Of a stretch of 64,000 nucleotides of DNA, positions 12,991 through 25,250 are shown piece after piece (the stretch's first letter is position 1; each line of letters starts with the position of its first letter). Under the pieces are notes generated by a model. The model did no database searches, was not told where the DNA came from, and saw nothing but the letters and a program-made list of their open reading frames with translations. The stretch is from contig OZ038379.1 of assembly GCA_964036045.1 (NCBI GenBank), forward strand, positions 22,816,001 through 22,880,000. Direction: 5' to 3'. The translations under genes were made by a program, and so were the position numbers. The stretch comes from Eutreptiella sp. 'Long Island Sound 2002'. Its lineage: Eukaryota > Protista > Euglenida.

Positions 12991-14936
12991 CAAGTGAAAT
13001 GAGCCCACTTTGAGCCCGTTTTGACCCAGTTTAGCCTCTCCGCCACATGTAGGCACCAAGTTCTACCCTTGGCACGTACCTTAGAGCCATATTGTGGAGC
13101 CACGGCTGGGGAGAGGGGTGTAGATTAGAGGATATATTACTACACCCCTCTCCCCGTAAATCTAGCTAACAAGCAACAACAAGCATCAACAAGCAACAAG
13201 CAAGTAACAAGCAAGGACTTCTCCTTTCCGTTTTGGCTATTGCTCCGCCTCATCGCTCCGGGCTCTACTCTACTCTAGCCATCCTAGCCTAGGTGGTGGC
13301 CTTGCCAAATCCCAGTTTTGAGCCAAAAACTCACCGGTGGCGCCCCGGGGCGGGGGCGCCAAGTCGGGAGGCGCCCTCCCAAAACTGCGCATTTGGTGCC
13401 CCAAAACAGCCTTTTTTGGCCCAAAACGGCCCCAATACCCAGTCAAAACGGCCAAACAAAGGCAAATGGTTCCTACCCTCCACGCACGCCTTGATTGCCC
13501 CGATTGCCCCGTGACCAAGAGCCCTTTCTTGCCCGCGAGCTCCACAATATGTCCGAGAAACAGCCCAAAAATGGCTAAAAATGGCCTGAATGTGCGCTGT
13601 TTGTGTCAGACAGGCCCGAAACCGAAAACAGGCCGTATCTTGGCCTACGTGGCTCAAAACCGAATTCCGAGGGCACCTAGTCCACCCGCAACCCCCCACT
13701 TTTTGTGGTTTCCAAGCTTCAGAATCGATTTCAGTATTAGCGGGCCAGGCAGTGACGATAATTGAACACCCAATCAGTCTACAAACCACAATTGTCCAGA
13801 CACTCTTTTCCCAAAGGGGTAGTGATATCTAATTCAACACTGCAAAGGGCATGTGTGTCCACATCCACCTGTTCGTGGTCAACGTCTGGCTGGCACTTGA
13901 CAGTATCTCATTGCAGACTGTCTCGATTTTCGCGTAATCTCTGTGTTTGTGGTGTGCACATAGCACTGGTTTGGCAGTCTGTCAGACTCCTGCTTTGTCA
14001 CCAGATCATTCTGTACAGCTTGTGGACAGTCAGGGTTTGAAGGCAGTCAGGGCCAGAGAAAGCCTGGTCGGGCTTTTGCGAGGGTATGTGGACAGGTTCA
14101 GGGCTTGGAGTGGTTCTTGGGATTGAGGCCTGAATCGGGCTTAGGGTATATCTGCAGCTACAACTTTGCTCAGAAGCAGAGTAATCCCCCCTTGATGAGC
14201 CAGCCCCTTTTCCACATCCATGCATATTCCTGTAACACAGCCCATGGCGCTTTCCTTCTTTGCCAACCTCGAATCAATGAATTTGGTGCCCCCCTATTCC
14301 AAGAGAACATTCTCCAACGCAACTAACACACAACCCCCACAAACCTTGATAACTCTCCGGCAATATTGGGGATATCCCAGGAGCTGATCACACAGGGTCA
14401 GCTTCTGGAAGCATTGTTCTTCAGTGTCGCAATGGACATAGTGCCCGACCACAAGAGCAGGGCCCATCCCCGCCAAGCCACCCACGGATAAACGTTGGCA
14501 TGCCCCAACGGAGCACGTCGCTTCCGTTTCTGCATCCAGAGACGTGTGGGGGGGGGGGGTCTCCAAACACGGTCGGCTGCCTGGCAACCATTGCTTTGCA
14601 ATGAATGGTCGGTTGCATTGGTGGAAAAAGAGGCAGTGGCAAGGATCACCAGCACAGGCTGCATTCTGAGAGCAGGGGAGTGTCGTCTGGCCGACACTCA
14701 CCCCTGAATGCCTTAAATGCACAGCGTCGTACAAAATGTAATGTGTGTGAATGTTTTGTGCATTGCAGAAATTGTAATTCGTGAATTGCAAAACGACTCA
14801 CACATATCACCGCCCCATTATCACAGCGCAAGGAGCGAGGCAGCCCGACTGACGAGGGTGTTGAAGGTTGGGTTTCATGTGCGAGGTGGGTGATGGGCAC
14901 CGGGCTGGCGAGCGGTGAGCTGAACACCGCCTTAAA

Positions 14937-14998
14937 CATGGGGGGTGCCCAAGTGCAGCCCTTGAACCCGACACCCTGGAATATTTCGGCCCCCTGAA
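14937..14998 (-). repeat. Dispersed repeat, reverse-complement match to 61176-61238
   Basis: Reverse complement ttcagggggccgaaatattccagggtgtcgggttcaagggctgcacttgggcaccccccatg aligns with ttcaaggggccaaaatgtttcagtggtgtcggggtcaacgactgcacctgggccgcccccatg. Confidence 0.75.
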
Positions 14999-17686
14999 GG
15001 GGGGGCAACTGGGCTGGGGCCCCAGGTACCCCAACACGCACATCTCAAAGTGATCCCCTAGTCGCACTGATCGTTTTGAACACACATATGTGGGGTTTTT
15101 GAAAAAAAAAATTCTACCCACTGCGGGGTCCAGTCCCAGCAGCTATGTTTGGGGGCTAGTTGGGGGAGGTCAGGGGTCAGAAAACTTTTTCATGTTTCGC
15201 ATGGATATTTGGATTCCCCATGAAATTCGGAGCATTTTGAGTATACACACACGGGGTAAAACCGAAATTTTAGCCCCCACCATATGCTAAAAAAAGTACT
15301 TCCAGCGCCGTTGGCGTCAAATTGGACCAAATGTGATCCGGACCTTCTAAACATTTTGGCCTTTTGAGGACGGGGTCCTTTGGGGCGGTTTTGCACATGC
15401 ACATGAACGTTTTGGCACAAGCTTTGGGGGAGCAATTTGCTGTGATAGCTTTTTTACTCATGAAGTGGGCTCTACAACCCGTTTTGGGGTCAAAAAATGG
15501 CGAACATCAGCCTGGAACGTGACATCCTTGACTTAGTTTTTCAAGTACCACTTTCCTTCGCTGTGTCTAACTATGCAAATTCACAGCCAATTTGGTTCTT
15601 CAATGTGGTGCCACAGGCGCTGTGGAAGGATCCAAATTTTTGGCCCAAAAATTGTCGTGCCCCAGAGATGAGGTCGGATGGTCCCTATGGACACACACCA
15701 ACTTTTTTTAACATTAGGAACTGTCGAATGTCCTTTCGCACCACCCTAATTAGCTCCTAAACACTCCGTCACCCTCCCGCCTTCATCAGTTACCCGTGCA
15801 ACCTGTCGATTGGTCGCCCACATTGCCCTCCAGCCATCGTTGGCCATCCTTCAACCTCCATCGGTTGCACTCCCGTCACATCGGTGACCCAGTACCCGCG
15901 TCCAACCGCCATAACTTTACCCTCAACCGACTCTGGCCCCTCGGACTGCCGTTGCTCACCCCCAGCTTCCTGGGAAACACCGGTCAGTCGAGAGGTCAGA
16001 GCACACGATTGCTGCATTCGATTTGAAGATCCCGTTCTCCCGGCGCGGGGACAAAAGCCACGGCCTCCGCACTCCTAGAGGCCCGTGGTCGAGACTTTGG
16101 ACCCGGGTTTTGACAACGATGGCAGGAAACACTTCTGTACATGTGCTTGCGTGTCCGTGGTCCTCAAAAATATGACTCATGCCCCAAAATACCCCCAGCC
16201 GCGTCACGAGGTACACAAGCCCCGGAAATTTTGACCGGAAAAACCAGACAAAATTTCTAAAAAGATGAGGAAAACGTTACACAAGGTCCGCTGAAGCTCC
16301 ACTGCCGCTTCGTGATGGCTGTGAAATATTTCTGCAGATGTGGTGTGTTACTGTTCCCCTTGCGTTGTTTCTCGGTGATAACCAAGTGGTCGCAATGGTC
16401 GTGTTGAAACTCCCGGATAAAATGGTGTGTCCACAACAGGCAAGGCAACCATGCAGTTGAAACGTCGCCAACCCCCAGCAACCCATGCGGAGCACCATGT
16501 GGACGATCGGTTTCTCCAAAGTTTGAGAGCTGTGGTTGAGAATCGACAAACCTTGGGTTGTTGCCGCCAGATCCTTGAACATCAATCAAAAGAGGAAAGA
16601 AGGAGGGGGAAATTGCAAAAGAAACTGTTCAACGCCCCTCCGGTACATCCAAGAAAAGGAGAGTACACAGCACATTGCCACTGTGCAATGTATGGAAAAT
16701 CCAAGTAATACGTCATGCCGAACGAATTTCCAAAACAAAATGGCAACAGCCATTTGATCTACCAAACCTGGTCCGATGGATGATGCAGGATGCGGCGTTG
16801 TTCCCAAACTAACAAAAAAAAAACTGACGTGCAGTAGAGCCAGCGGCACTGCTAACGGTGAGGCAACAGGCACAACCAGGGGCACCCAAAATGCCCCATC
16901 CGTGCCGCCATCCAACTTCCAATGTCCCTGCGGCGACGTGCACCGCAGCGCACAACCAAATCCAGGGCGAGGAACTGTCTGCAAGATGAAACTTACAGCG
17001 AAGTCCAGGCACGGGCAATGACTACCTGAAGTAGACAAAAATTGCAGATGTGGCACAATCCCCTCTGGATCAGAATAAAGGTTAGCATCGCAAAGGATGG
17101 CCTTGTGGACAGTAGTTCCAGTGAGTAGCGGAAACTGTACAATTGCATCGCAGCAGACAACTCACAAAAACACAAACAAACTCTCGCCGCATAGCCATGC
17201 TAGATGCTTCCTGGCACGAATCGACATGATCATTGAAACCGTGACACCACACCTTCCAAGGGTTCGATGCACTCGTATTGTCATCAGGCCGTAGTGTGCC
17301 GTAGATAAAAAAGCCGCGAACCTGAAATACAACGGCAGCATAACGAGTGTGTGCCGCCAGTACACAACACTTGGAGGCCCAACTCAGTGGCGTGTACACA
17401 CTGCTATGCAGAAGGACGATTGATCACGTAGCATGACCACCATTGAAGGCATTTGCTGAGCAAGGGGCATGTGATCCGCATAATCACATATTTCCGCACG
17501 AGGCTACTACAAAATTGCTTGGCACGCATGACACCAAACGTCGCACGGCCACAAATGTTACTATGTTAGCGAGCAGCAAGCATCAACTGAACAGCCCACC
17601 CACATGCGCATCGGTGAACGTGAGGACGCACGCGACACTGCCCTGTGTGTTCACTGTGGGGCACATGGGTGCCCCCTGTTATGGCA

Positions 17687-17766
17687 TGACCTAATGGTAC
17701 AGTGGACACACATGTGGCACCAAGTAAATAAATAGAAAATATACTACGTCACTGGTTCGATTCCCC
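17687..17766 (+). promoter_or_regulatory. Candidate Pol III internal promoter (A-box and B-box)
   Basis: tgacctaatggta followed ~55 nt later by the near-consensus ggttcgattcccc. Confidence 0.4.
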
Positions 17767-20598
17767 ACTGTCCCGTAGCGCTGCTAGAAACACTCAGCGT
17801 CTCAAATAATTTTTTCCTAATATCATGAGGTACGCGGCAGATGTCCTTCGTCACAGACTTATGATGGTGTCTTCTCGATGCTACAAATGGATGTATTTTC
17901 AAGCTGCGGCAAGGCATGGCATTGCCTCAAGTGTTGCGCCACACCTCCGCAATTTGTACCTCCGCAACTTAGTTGAGCCTTTGGCTCGTTGCCATTGGCA
18001 CCGTGTTTGACAATCCCGAAACCAGCTGGGCCCACCACTTGGCAAGGAAATTTCATACTTTTGTTCCTTGCTGTGGGAAGGCCTCACAGCTGTGTTGGCC
18101 ACCCAAATACCTTTTTTGCAGAACTGCCTGCAAAACACTGCATCTTGAGAGATTGGTACGGCTGACAGATGACCGTCTTCTGACGGCCACCGTGGCCTGA
18201 CTTGATTGTCTTGCGCATTGCCCCTGGTTCCTCCCACCGACCCTGGTCTGGCCTTGCTATGATGCGGTAAACGTGCCCCGCAGTGGTGGCTGCTACTGTG
18301 CCCTTTGACTTTGTGGAGGTTTGGGACTACTTTTTATCAAAACTACATGGCAAACATCCTGAGATCCTTGAAAACACAAAGCGGGGCACAAGCAGGGGAA
18401 CAATAAGCACTTTCTGGGAGTAGAGGCACTGACAGCACAGTTGCTCTGGGCTCAACCCAATCACCCCAAGCGTCACTGGCAACACTGGCTGAGGAGGACC
18501 AAATGCAAGCTCCTAAAGGAGCTTTTGGGAGGGCTAGGGGAGGAGTGGGTGGCCGAGGACATGGAAGGTGTGGAGGGGGGAGCAGGGACCGATACCCTGG
18601 ATTCTGACATTGTCCTAACAGATCCGGAGGACGGGGGGGACCCCATGGGACAAGTTTACGTGGGGTGTTTGGGTTGGGATGGTTCGGAATCAGCGTGAGT
18701 ATGGGCACTCCAGAATTCTGGATAGACACTCAAACCCCCACATTGCACAACATCGCCTCTGCCTCAGCACAGCCGTGCAAGAAACTCACCTCGAGGTCAT
18801 GGTACGCATGCAACGCTGCCATGCACTCCTTAGTCTGGTTCATGATTTCCCATGCATTCTCGCACTCTTGGATGGACTGCAGTGCCTGTTTGGCCCGCTC
18901 CTGCAAGGAATGAAGTGGACTTGCGCCAGTGCGACAAACATGGCAGTCGCATGCACGGAAACCTAAAACCGCCAGCGCCCATCATGCTCCCTACGAAACC
19001 GAACGAAATGTTACATGCAGGACAATCCGTTGCGATTTTAGGGGGCACGGTGGGTAAAATTGTGCAGGGAGCGCCGCGGAGGGACCAGCACCGGTTAAAG
19101 GTGTTTTTTTGAACAATTTGATCCGGTGGCAACAATCCTGCCTAAATTGCGCTATGGCAGCAATCCTGTCTAAACTGCGCTATAGGAGCGGCACATGCAC
19201 AATCCAGACGGACCATGATTGCGCTGCTGAACTGCCGCATGTACAACACGCGTGCACACACATGACAAGCAAGCCCAGGTCTGCTGTGGACATGCCCCGG
19301 CAGACCCCATCTATAACCTTCGTGAACCGGTCGTTTGAACGAGCGATTCACGAAGGCGCGAATTTGTCCACTTTTTGTTGTGTATTGCCCACTATTTGGT
19401 GCCACTGTGTGTGTTTCTTGTGCCCCCATTCACGAAGGGTACGTCCCCGCCACACACCCCTCTAGGGATACCCTGCTGTGGTCATGGCAAGGCTGAAAGA
19501 TAATGTCTATGTTGTACTGTGCAGCATACTGGGTGAAATGCAAGCAAGGTTGCGGGTTGCACTTGAGTCCCCGCTGCAAGTCATTTATGGTATTGCATTC
19601 AAATGGGAGGAGCATGGTATGCAGGTAAATTGGTGTGAATCCATGCTCACCCGCTGTGAGGGACGATGGGCGTTGTTTCGTAAGGGAGTGTGTTTGAGTC
19701 TGCCTATGTCCGCGCAAGAACACCAGGACGACTATGAGTGGGCGAAGTGGACGCCAATCACCTCCCCCAATGTGCCCGCAAGTACTCCGTATATTCCTAC
19801 CGTCACTGGCACTGAAGTGCATGTGGAATGCTAGTGATATGCAGTGTATGGTGCTGAACTTGAGATCCATATTCTGGGGGCTGGGGGCGAACCATTACCC
19901 TGTGGCTTGGTGGAAACCCCCGCTCTCTGATGCGCTACTCACTGCTTGACACAGTGCCTGAAGCCAGATTTGAGCAGTAGGTACCGCAAGGAGCGAGGGC
20001 CTTCCCCCAAAATCGCAACCCCCAATGACTACAGTACCTACCTGATGTGCCTCGGATGCCCCTAGAAGGTTAGGCGAGAGCAAGCATAGGCACCAGAACT
20101 TAGGGTCAACTGGTTGGAGGTGTGGGATGGGCATGATCCTGCCCTTGAGTGGTGCCGTTTGACGCCAATGCACTAGCGTGCAGAGTGCAGCCAGCCGGGT
20201 AGGGGGAGGGCGAGCGCAAGTGCTTGCGCTGGGAGCAACAAGGGAAGGGCGCTGGGAGCCCATTGCACGGGCTCCACCGGTGCCCATTCCCTTGTTGCGA
20301 CAGGCCCTGATTGTTTTGAATTCATGTTTTGTTGTGCTTTATGGGTGTATGCATCGTAGACAGGTTCCCACAGGTCCCATAACGCTACGACCGTTAGCTG
20401 CGAAAAGAAAGGTGGGGTACACAGGAGGCATGCGTGCATGCCACAGTGAAACCACAATTTTGAGAACATGGGAGTGATGGGCGCATTGTACACTTGTTTG
20501 TGTCGGCAGCCAGACACCACAGGTTTTCACACTGTGCAGCCTCATGATCATGATTGTCCATTGACTTTTGCACTGTACCCATTCGCTCGTTAGGCTCC

Positions 20599-20752
20599 CA
20601 ACACAACACAACACAACACAACACAACACAACACAACACAACACAACACAACACAACACAACACAACACAACACAACACAACACAACACAACACAACACA
20701 ACACAACACAACACAACACAACACAACACAACACAACACAATACAACACAAC
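20599..20752 (+). repeat. (CACAA)n microsatellite, about 30 units
   Basis: Near-perfect pentamer array; its reading frames give the spurious (VLCCV)n and (HNTTQ)n ORFs. Confidence 0.98.
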
Positions 20753-22854
20753 GCCGTGTGTATGTTTGTATGCCTTTCCTCCAACAAGCCTTCATTTTGC
20801 CTACACAATTGAACAAATTTTTTTGGTAACAACATGATAGAACCTTGAACCAGCCACCATGCAGGACAAACTTGGGGAGCCGCGCTAATGCCCAGCAGCC
20901 GCCGCTTAATGGTGCGACAGACGCAGGGGGACATTTTGTTCGTTGTGGTACGCTTTGATTTGTGCTACTGTGGTTCACAGACAGTCTGTCGGTTTGATCC
21001 ACTCCTTTTGCTAAGGCTGAAATCGGCCTAACGCCGATTAAACATCAATGTTTGAATGGTAGCCAAAGACTTTTTTTAGGCTCATCAAATATCTCATGAA
21101 CAAGTGGCCGTCCACCATAAGAACGCTTATGGTGGCCACCCTCGACACACAATCACTGGCCTGCCGCGACCAGTTCATCCTTCGTGTCAGGCAGGTTGGT
21201 GTCCCGCAGCGACTCAATGACAGTGGGGTTGCACGTGCACACCTACCTACGTGACGAACAAATGACCCGCAAGTCGTGCTAGATAGGAAAGAAGCCACAC
21301 TATACAATTCCAAAAAGAAACTTATTCACTTGCAATGCGAACATTTGCGAATGGGCAAAAAAGTACTTCTCGGGACCGAAACCACCGCTCATGAAAAGTG
21401 GCATTGCGCGTTGGACGAGCCATGAGCTCACATTCCCAAATCATGTCCCACTGCGGGTGTCCACACTGCGTTTTTTTGCACGAATTCCACATGCACCTGT
21501 TCTTGTGTTTGTTTGTTTGCTTTCACCAGTGTGTTTGCGCAAAGTACATGGAGTCAGTTATGTCCAAAAACACATGCAGGGTGCAAATTCAAACCTCTGT
21601 AATCAGCGGTACCCGGTCACATTTTGCAATGCCAAATAACTCATACACCCGGAGGTAACTCTCGTCATTGGCATGAAGTTGTAATGTCAACCAGTCCTTG
21701 AAGTTTGGTGCCACCTGATGACAATGCCAAAATGTGGCCCAATAAGGTGATGATAAAAGATGATGACACAGCTACCATTCATCTCTAAAGACGTGGACAC
21801 ATCCCAGTTTCTCAAAAGTGGTACAGATTTGCGTTGAAACTGCCTGTGCAAAATGCATGCAAAAATGTATCAGTCGCGCAAGACTGATACACTTTTTGGT
21901 ACACTTTACAAATGGTTTCGCCTCTTGAAGTGCACTTTTATAATTTCTTGTCAATGACTTATCTATGTCCCTAAAATGCCATGGTCCATAACTGCCTTGC
22001 GTCCGTCCGCGTGTGCCCCGCATTCCCCCCACGTCTAAGCCACCCCCCTTCCCAATATGCACCAAAAAGTGTACGTGTTCAAAACTACGCAAAAGTGTAC
22101 CAAAAGTGTACTTTTCAGGCATAGTAGCTGAGGACATACGGGTGGGTACCGTTTGCAGTGGAGCAAAAAATGCAAAAGACAGTCCACCCAATTACACAGA
22201 AAACAGCTAATGTTCAAGGAGACCTCCTCAAGCTTCAACTGGTGCTGGGCTCTCTTCTTCAAGCGCATAGCACAACCTCCTTGCACTGCGGAGCAAAACA
22301 AAAAGACAAAGACACTAGGCACACAGCCTTTCTACAACAGGAGCAGTCCATAGTGCTGGCACAATGAGGGGCGCGTCGATCCCCTGTGAGGTGAACGAAC
22401 CCACAGTATTGCATCGGTTCCCACCAACCATCAAACCTTGTCCAAAAGGACGTCCATGTCCATCACGTGTCACTGGGGGAAAGAACGAGGTCCCAATACA
22501 GCGGTATAAACTCCATAACACCTGGCATACACAAGGTTGCATCATGCGGTATAGTGCACGTCTACCTGCATGCACACGTGCACGTCTACCTGCCATTTTG
22601 TCGGGACCTGTTCATTGAACATTGGATCAAATGCCCTGTGTTTACACCACAAACACCACAATTCCGACGCTTGCTGCGAAATGCGGTTTTCTTATGGGGA
22701 CTCCACTGTTGCCCTTTGCAAAATCAATCTTCCAAAATATACCAACACATTGCATTTGGGTTCCTATCTCATGAACTTCAAAACAAACGACATGGATATG
22801 GACCAAAACTGCAAACTGGCACCCTTCCCGATTATGTTCAGTGTACGATGTCCA

Positions 22855-23000
22855 ACGGCGTTGTGTTGTGTTGTGGTGTGTTGTGTCATGTTATCTTATG
22901 TGGTGTTGTGGTGCAGTGTTGAGTTGAGTTTTGTTGTGTTGTGTTGTGTGTTGTTGTGTTGTGTTGGGTGTTGTGGTGTTGTGTTGGGTGTTGGGTGCCG
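22855..23000 (-). repeat. Degenerate (CACAA)n array on the minus strand
   Basis: ttgtgttgtgttg-type repeats on the plus strand. Confidence 0.9.
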
Positions 23001-23001
23001 T

Positions 23002-23195
23002 GTTAAGAAATGGGGACATGGGGCAAGGGCAATGCAGCAAGTGCGTTGCTTGGGCAATTCAAACAAATAGTTGGGAGGAGGGGGGGGGGTTGTTGTGTTA
23101 AGAAATGGGGACGTGGGCCAAGGGCAATGCAGCAAGCTCGTTGCTTGTACAGTTCAAACAAATGGCCGGGAGGGAGGGGGGGGGGTTGGCAAGCC
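23002..23195. repeat. Two tandem ~96-bp units
   Basis: ttaagaaatggggacxtgggxcaagggcaatgcagcaag at about 23002 and 23098. Confidence 0.9.
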
Positions 23196-23199
23196 AGTT

Positions 23200-25250
23200 G
23201 AGAAAATGGACAGGCAACCCTGGTTGGGTTGCCTGGATGTTGTTGTAGGTGCTGGATGAAACTTGGTGACGAAGCTTGCCATCGCTTGATGCCTTTACGA
23301 GACAGTTGTGAGAAAGAGGTGTCGGCACAACACAACACAAGCCTACACAAGTTGATCTCGAAGAAGGGGTCCATGTGAGCGACAAAGCCAATAATCACCG
23401 GGCAAATGAAATCAATACCATAGGCACAATACAAAAGTTGGTGGCTTAGAGGATCAAGGCAAGGCTGGGTCCTGAACCAAAACATCAAAGGTGTGCCCAT
23501 TGGTGGGTACCTTAGTGCACAATTCATGTGCATGTGGACTCTTATTCACGAAATCACATTTATGGAGAAGCCAAGTCCATTTTTTGACCGTGTATTGCTG
23601 GGCTGGGACAGACGCACCCTGCCTGCTATCACCTTGAAGCCTGGTCCAACCCTCACCTTCCCTAAGGCAGCGTGGGTGCCCAAAGATACACACACTTATT
23701 AATAACATAACACATGTGTTTTATTTGTTTTAATTCTGCTGGGTTGTGTTACATAGTGCCGCATTTTGACTCACGTACCAGAACAAGCCCCATGAATGTG
23801 CATTTGTGCCCAGTATCATGATTGTTTGATACCACTGCTCTTGTGGTTACACGTCCCTATGCCTGCCCATTCAAACAAGGTGTGCTCATGCAAATCCCAA
23901 TGGCCAAACCGCAATAGGTCATACAAAGGAATCACCCGAAGATGTTGCTCGGTTGCATCCAGCAAACGTTCCCCTCCCTTAGCATGCTGAACTGGAAACT
24001 GCCTCTCATTCCGCGGTGCTCTAGGACTCGCTGCGCCGCCTGTTTGATAGCATCCAGCACCCCGTCTTTTGGCAATTCCCAGTATGCGTTGTCTATGTCG
24101 CACTCCGCCAGCTCAGTGTGGTGCATGAACCATTTCCCTGTGAGTACCAAAAACTCCCTGATTCCCATCAGGCTTGGTGTACCCACATGGGTTGTGCAAT
24201 GTGCAACTCTTTGAGGAGCAAACACAAAGGTCTTCCCATGAGGCGGGTGAAACAACTCAAAAAATGCATGGAATGTGAAATCACTAACCCGAAACGCATC
24301 ATTGTCTGCTTTGCTGGACTTCCACTTGAGGAGTTGGAAAGCAGAAGGGGCACGACCCCACAGTGTTTTTGTCATCAACTCTTCCACCACGGTCGCATTC
24401 CTTTTTTCCAGGGACAGCGATGCTTTTTTCAGTGAGGAATAATGCACATTATTCCTCACTTTCATTTCCAGGATACCATGTTGTGCCCCGCTTTTTCTTG
24501 TCTCAACACTGACCAGAGAGAAGGGCGAGATCAGCACTGTCACCTGTGACATATGCCATTCATGGATCGCAGAACAAATGGCATACATGTCAGTGGGTTT
24601 TTTGTCCCACACAAAAACAGTTAACCGCGTGACCGTAAGAAGGCATCACATTCAGTCAAATAGCTGTTTGCCGTCCAGGGGAATTTTTTAGTATATTCCT
24701 GACTGTCTTGTGTCAGCATGTGTGTGGAAAAATAGATGGCGCATCACATGAGTCAAAAAACGAATCAAACTGCTCATGCAACTTTTGGGTGGCCAGTTGT
24801 ATGAAATCTTCTGAAGGCAGGGTTGCATTTCGCCCATTCTGCAGCATAACAGGATGAAGGACTCCCACTGTTCCGTGCGGCAAAAGTCTCACGGGGTAGT
24901 AGGACAAAGCAAGCGGGCAAGCACTCTCACAAAGTAGCGTCATCAATGAATCATGCTGCTGGGCTCCTTGAAACAGGACAAGGAATTTATGTCTTGAGTA
25001 ACGGCAGTTGCATCGCACATGGGGGAGGGCATTGCCAATGATGCTCTGGTATTCCGTAGAAGGCACTGTGAACTCCCGGATCACATGCGTTGGGCCAATA
25101 GATATTTGCCTCCATGGCAGTTTGGACCCCAATCTGCAATGTTGTGCTAACACAGTCCCAACAGAGAGGCAGAAAGTAGATCCGACGAACAAGTTTTAGC
25201 AATTTCAACTCTTTTATTTGGCTGCTTGGCAAATGCAACAAACAACCTGG
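23200..25250 (-). mobile_element. Degenerate reverse transcriptase, Penelope-like; segment ~23465-23861 is inverted
   Basis: Minus-strand ORF has APSAFQLLKWK, LAECDIDNAYWELP (RT motif A-like) and, after a frameshift, LYDLLRFGHWDLHEHTLFEWAG. The expected continuation WVLNQNIKGVPIGGYLSAQ (motif B-like) lies on the plus strand at 23466-23522. Confidence 0.65.

Larger units (their letters stand above)
10575..13720. mobile_element. Head-to-tail array of a modular non-autonomous element, subfamily A: 3' part (10575-11465), full copy (~11466-13090), 5' part (~13091-13720)
   Basis: Two copies of hairpin + (CAAG)n + ~450-bp core at 11480-12010 and 13108-13715, each preceded by a 162-bp repeat array and a shared tail. 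Confidence 0.8.

Noticed and set aside
10575-13000. Regular repeats that might be read as a CRISPR array
   Set aside because: Whole 162-bp units repeat with no unique spacers, there are no cas genes and the context is eukaryotic.
10526-13789. Many overlapping 60-150-aa ORFs (FEPVVTRFGPWKIPKCL...)
   Set aside because: They recur on both strands with the repeat period; artefacts of the satellite and core sequence.
20339-21002. ORFs with (VLCCV)n or (HNTTQ)n repeats
   Set aside because: Translations of the (CACAA)n microsatellite.
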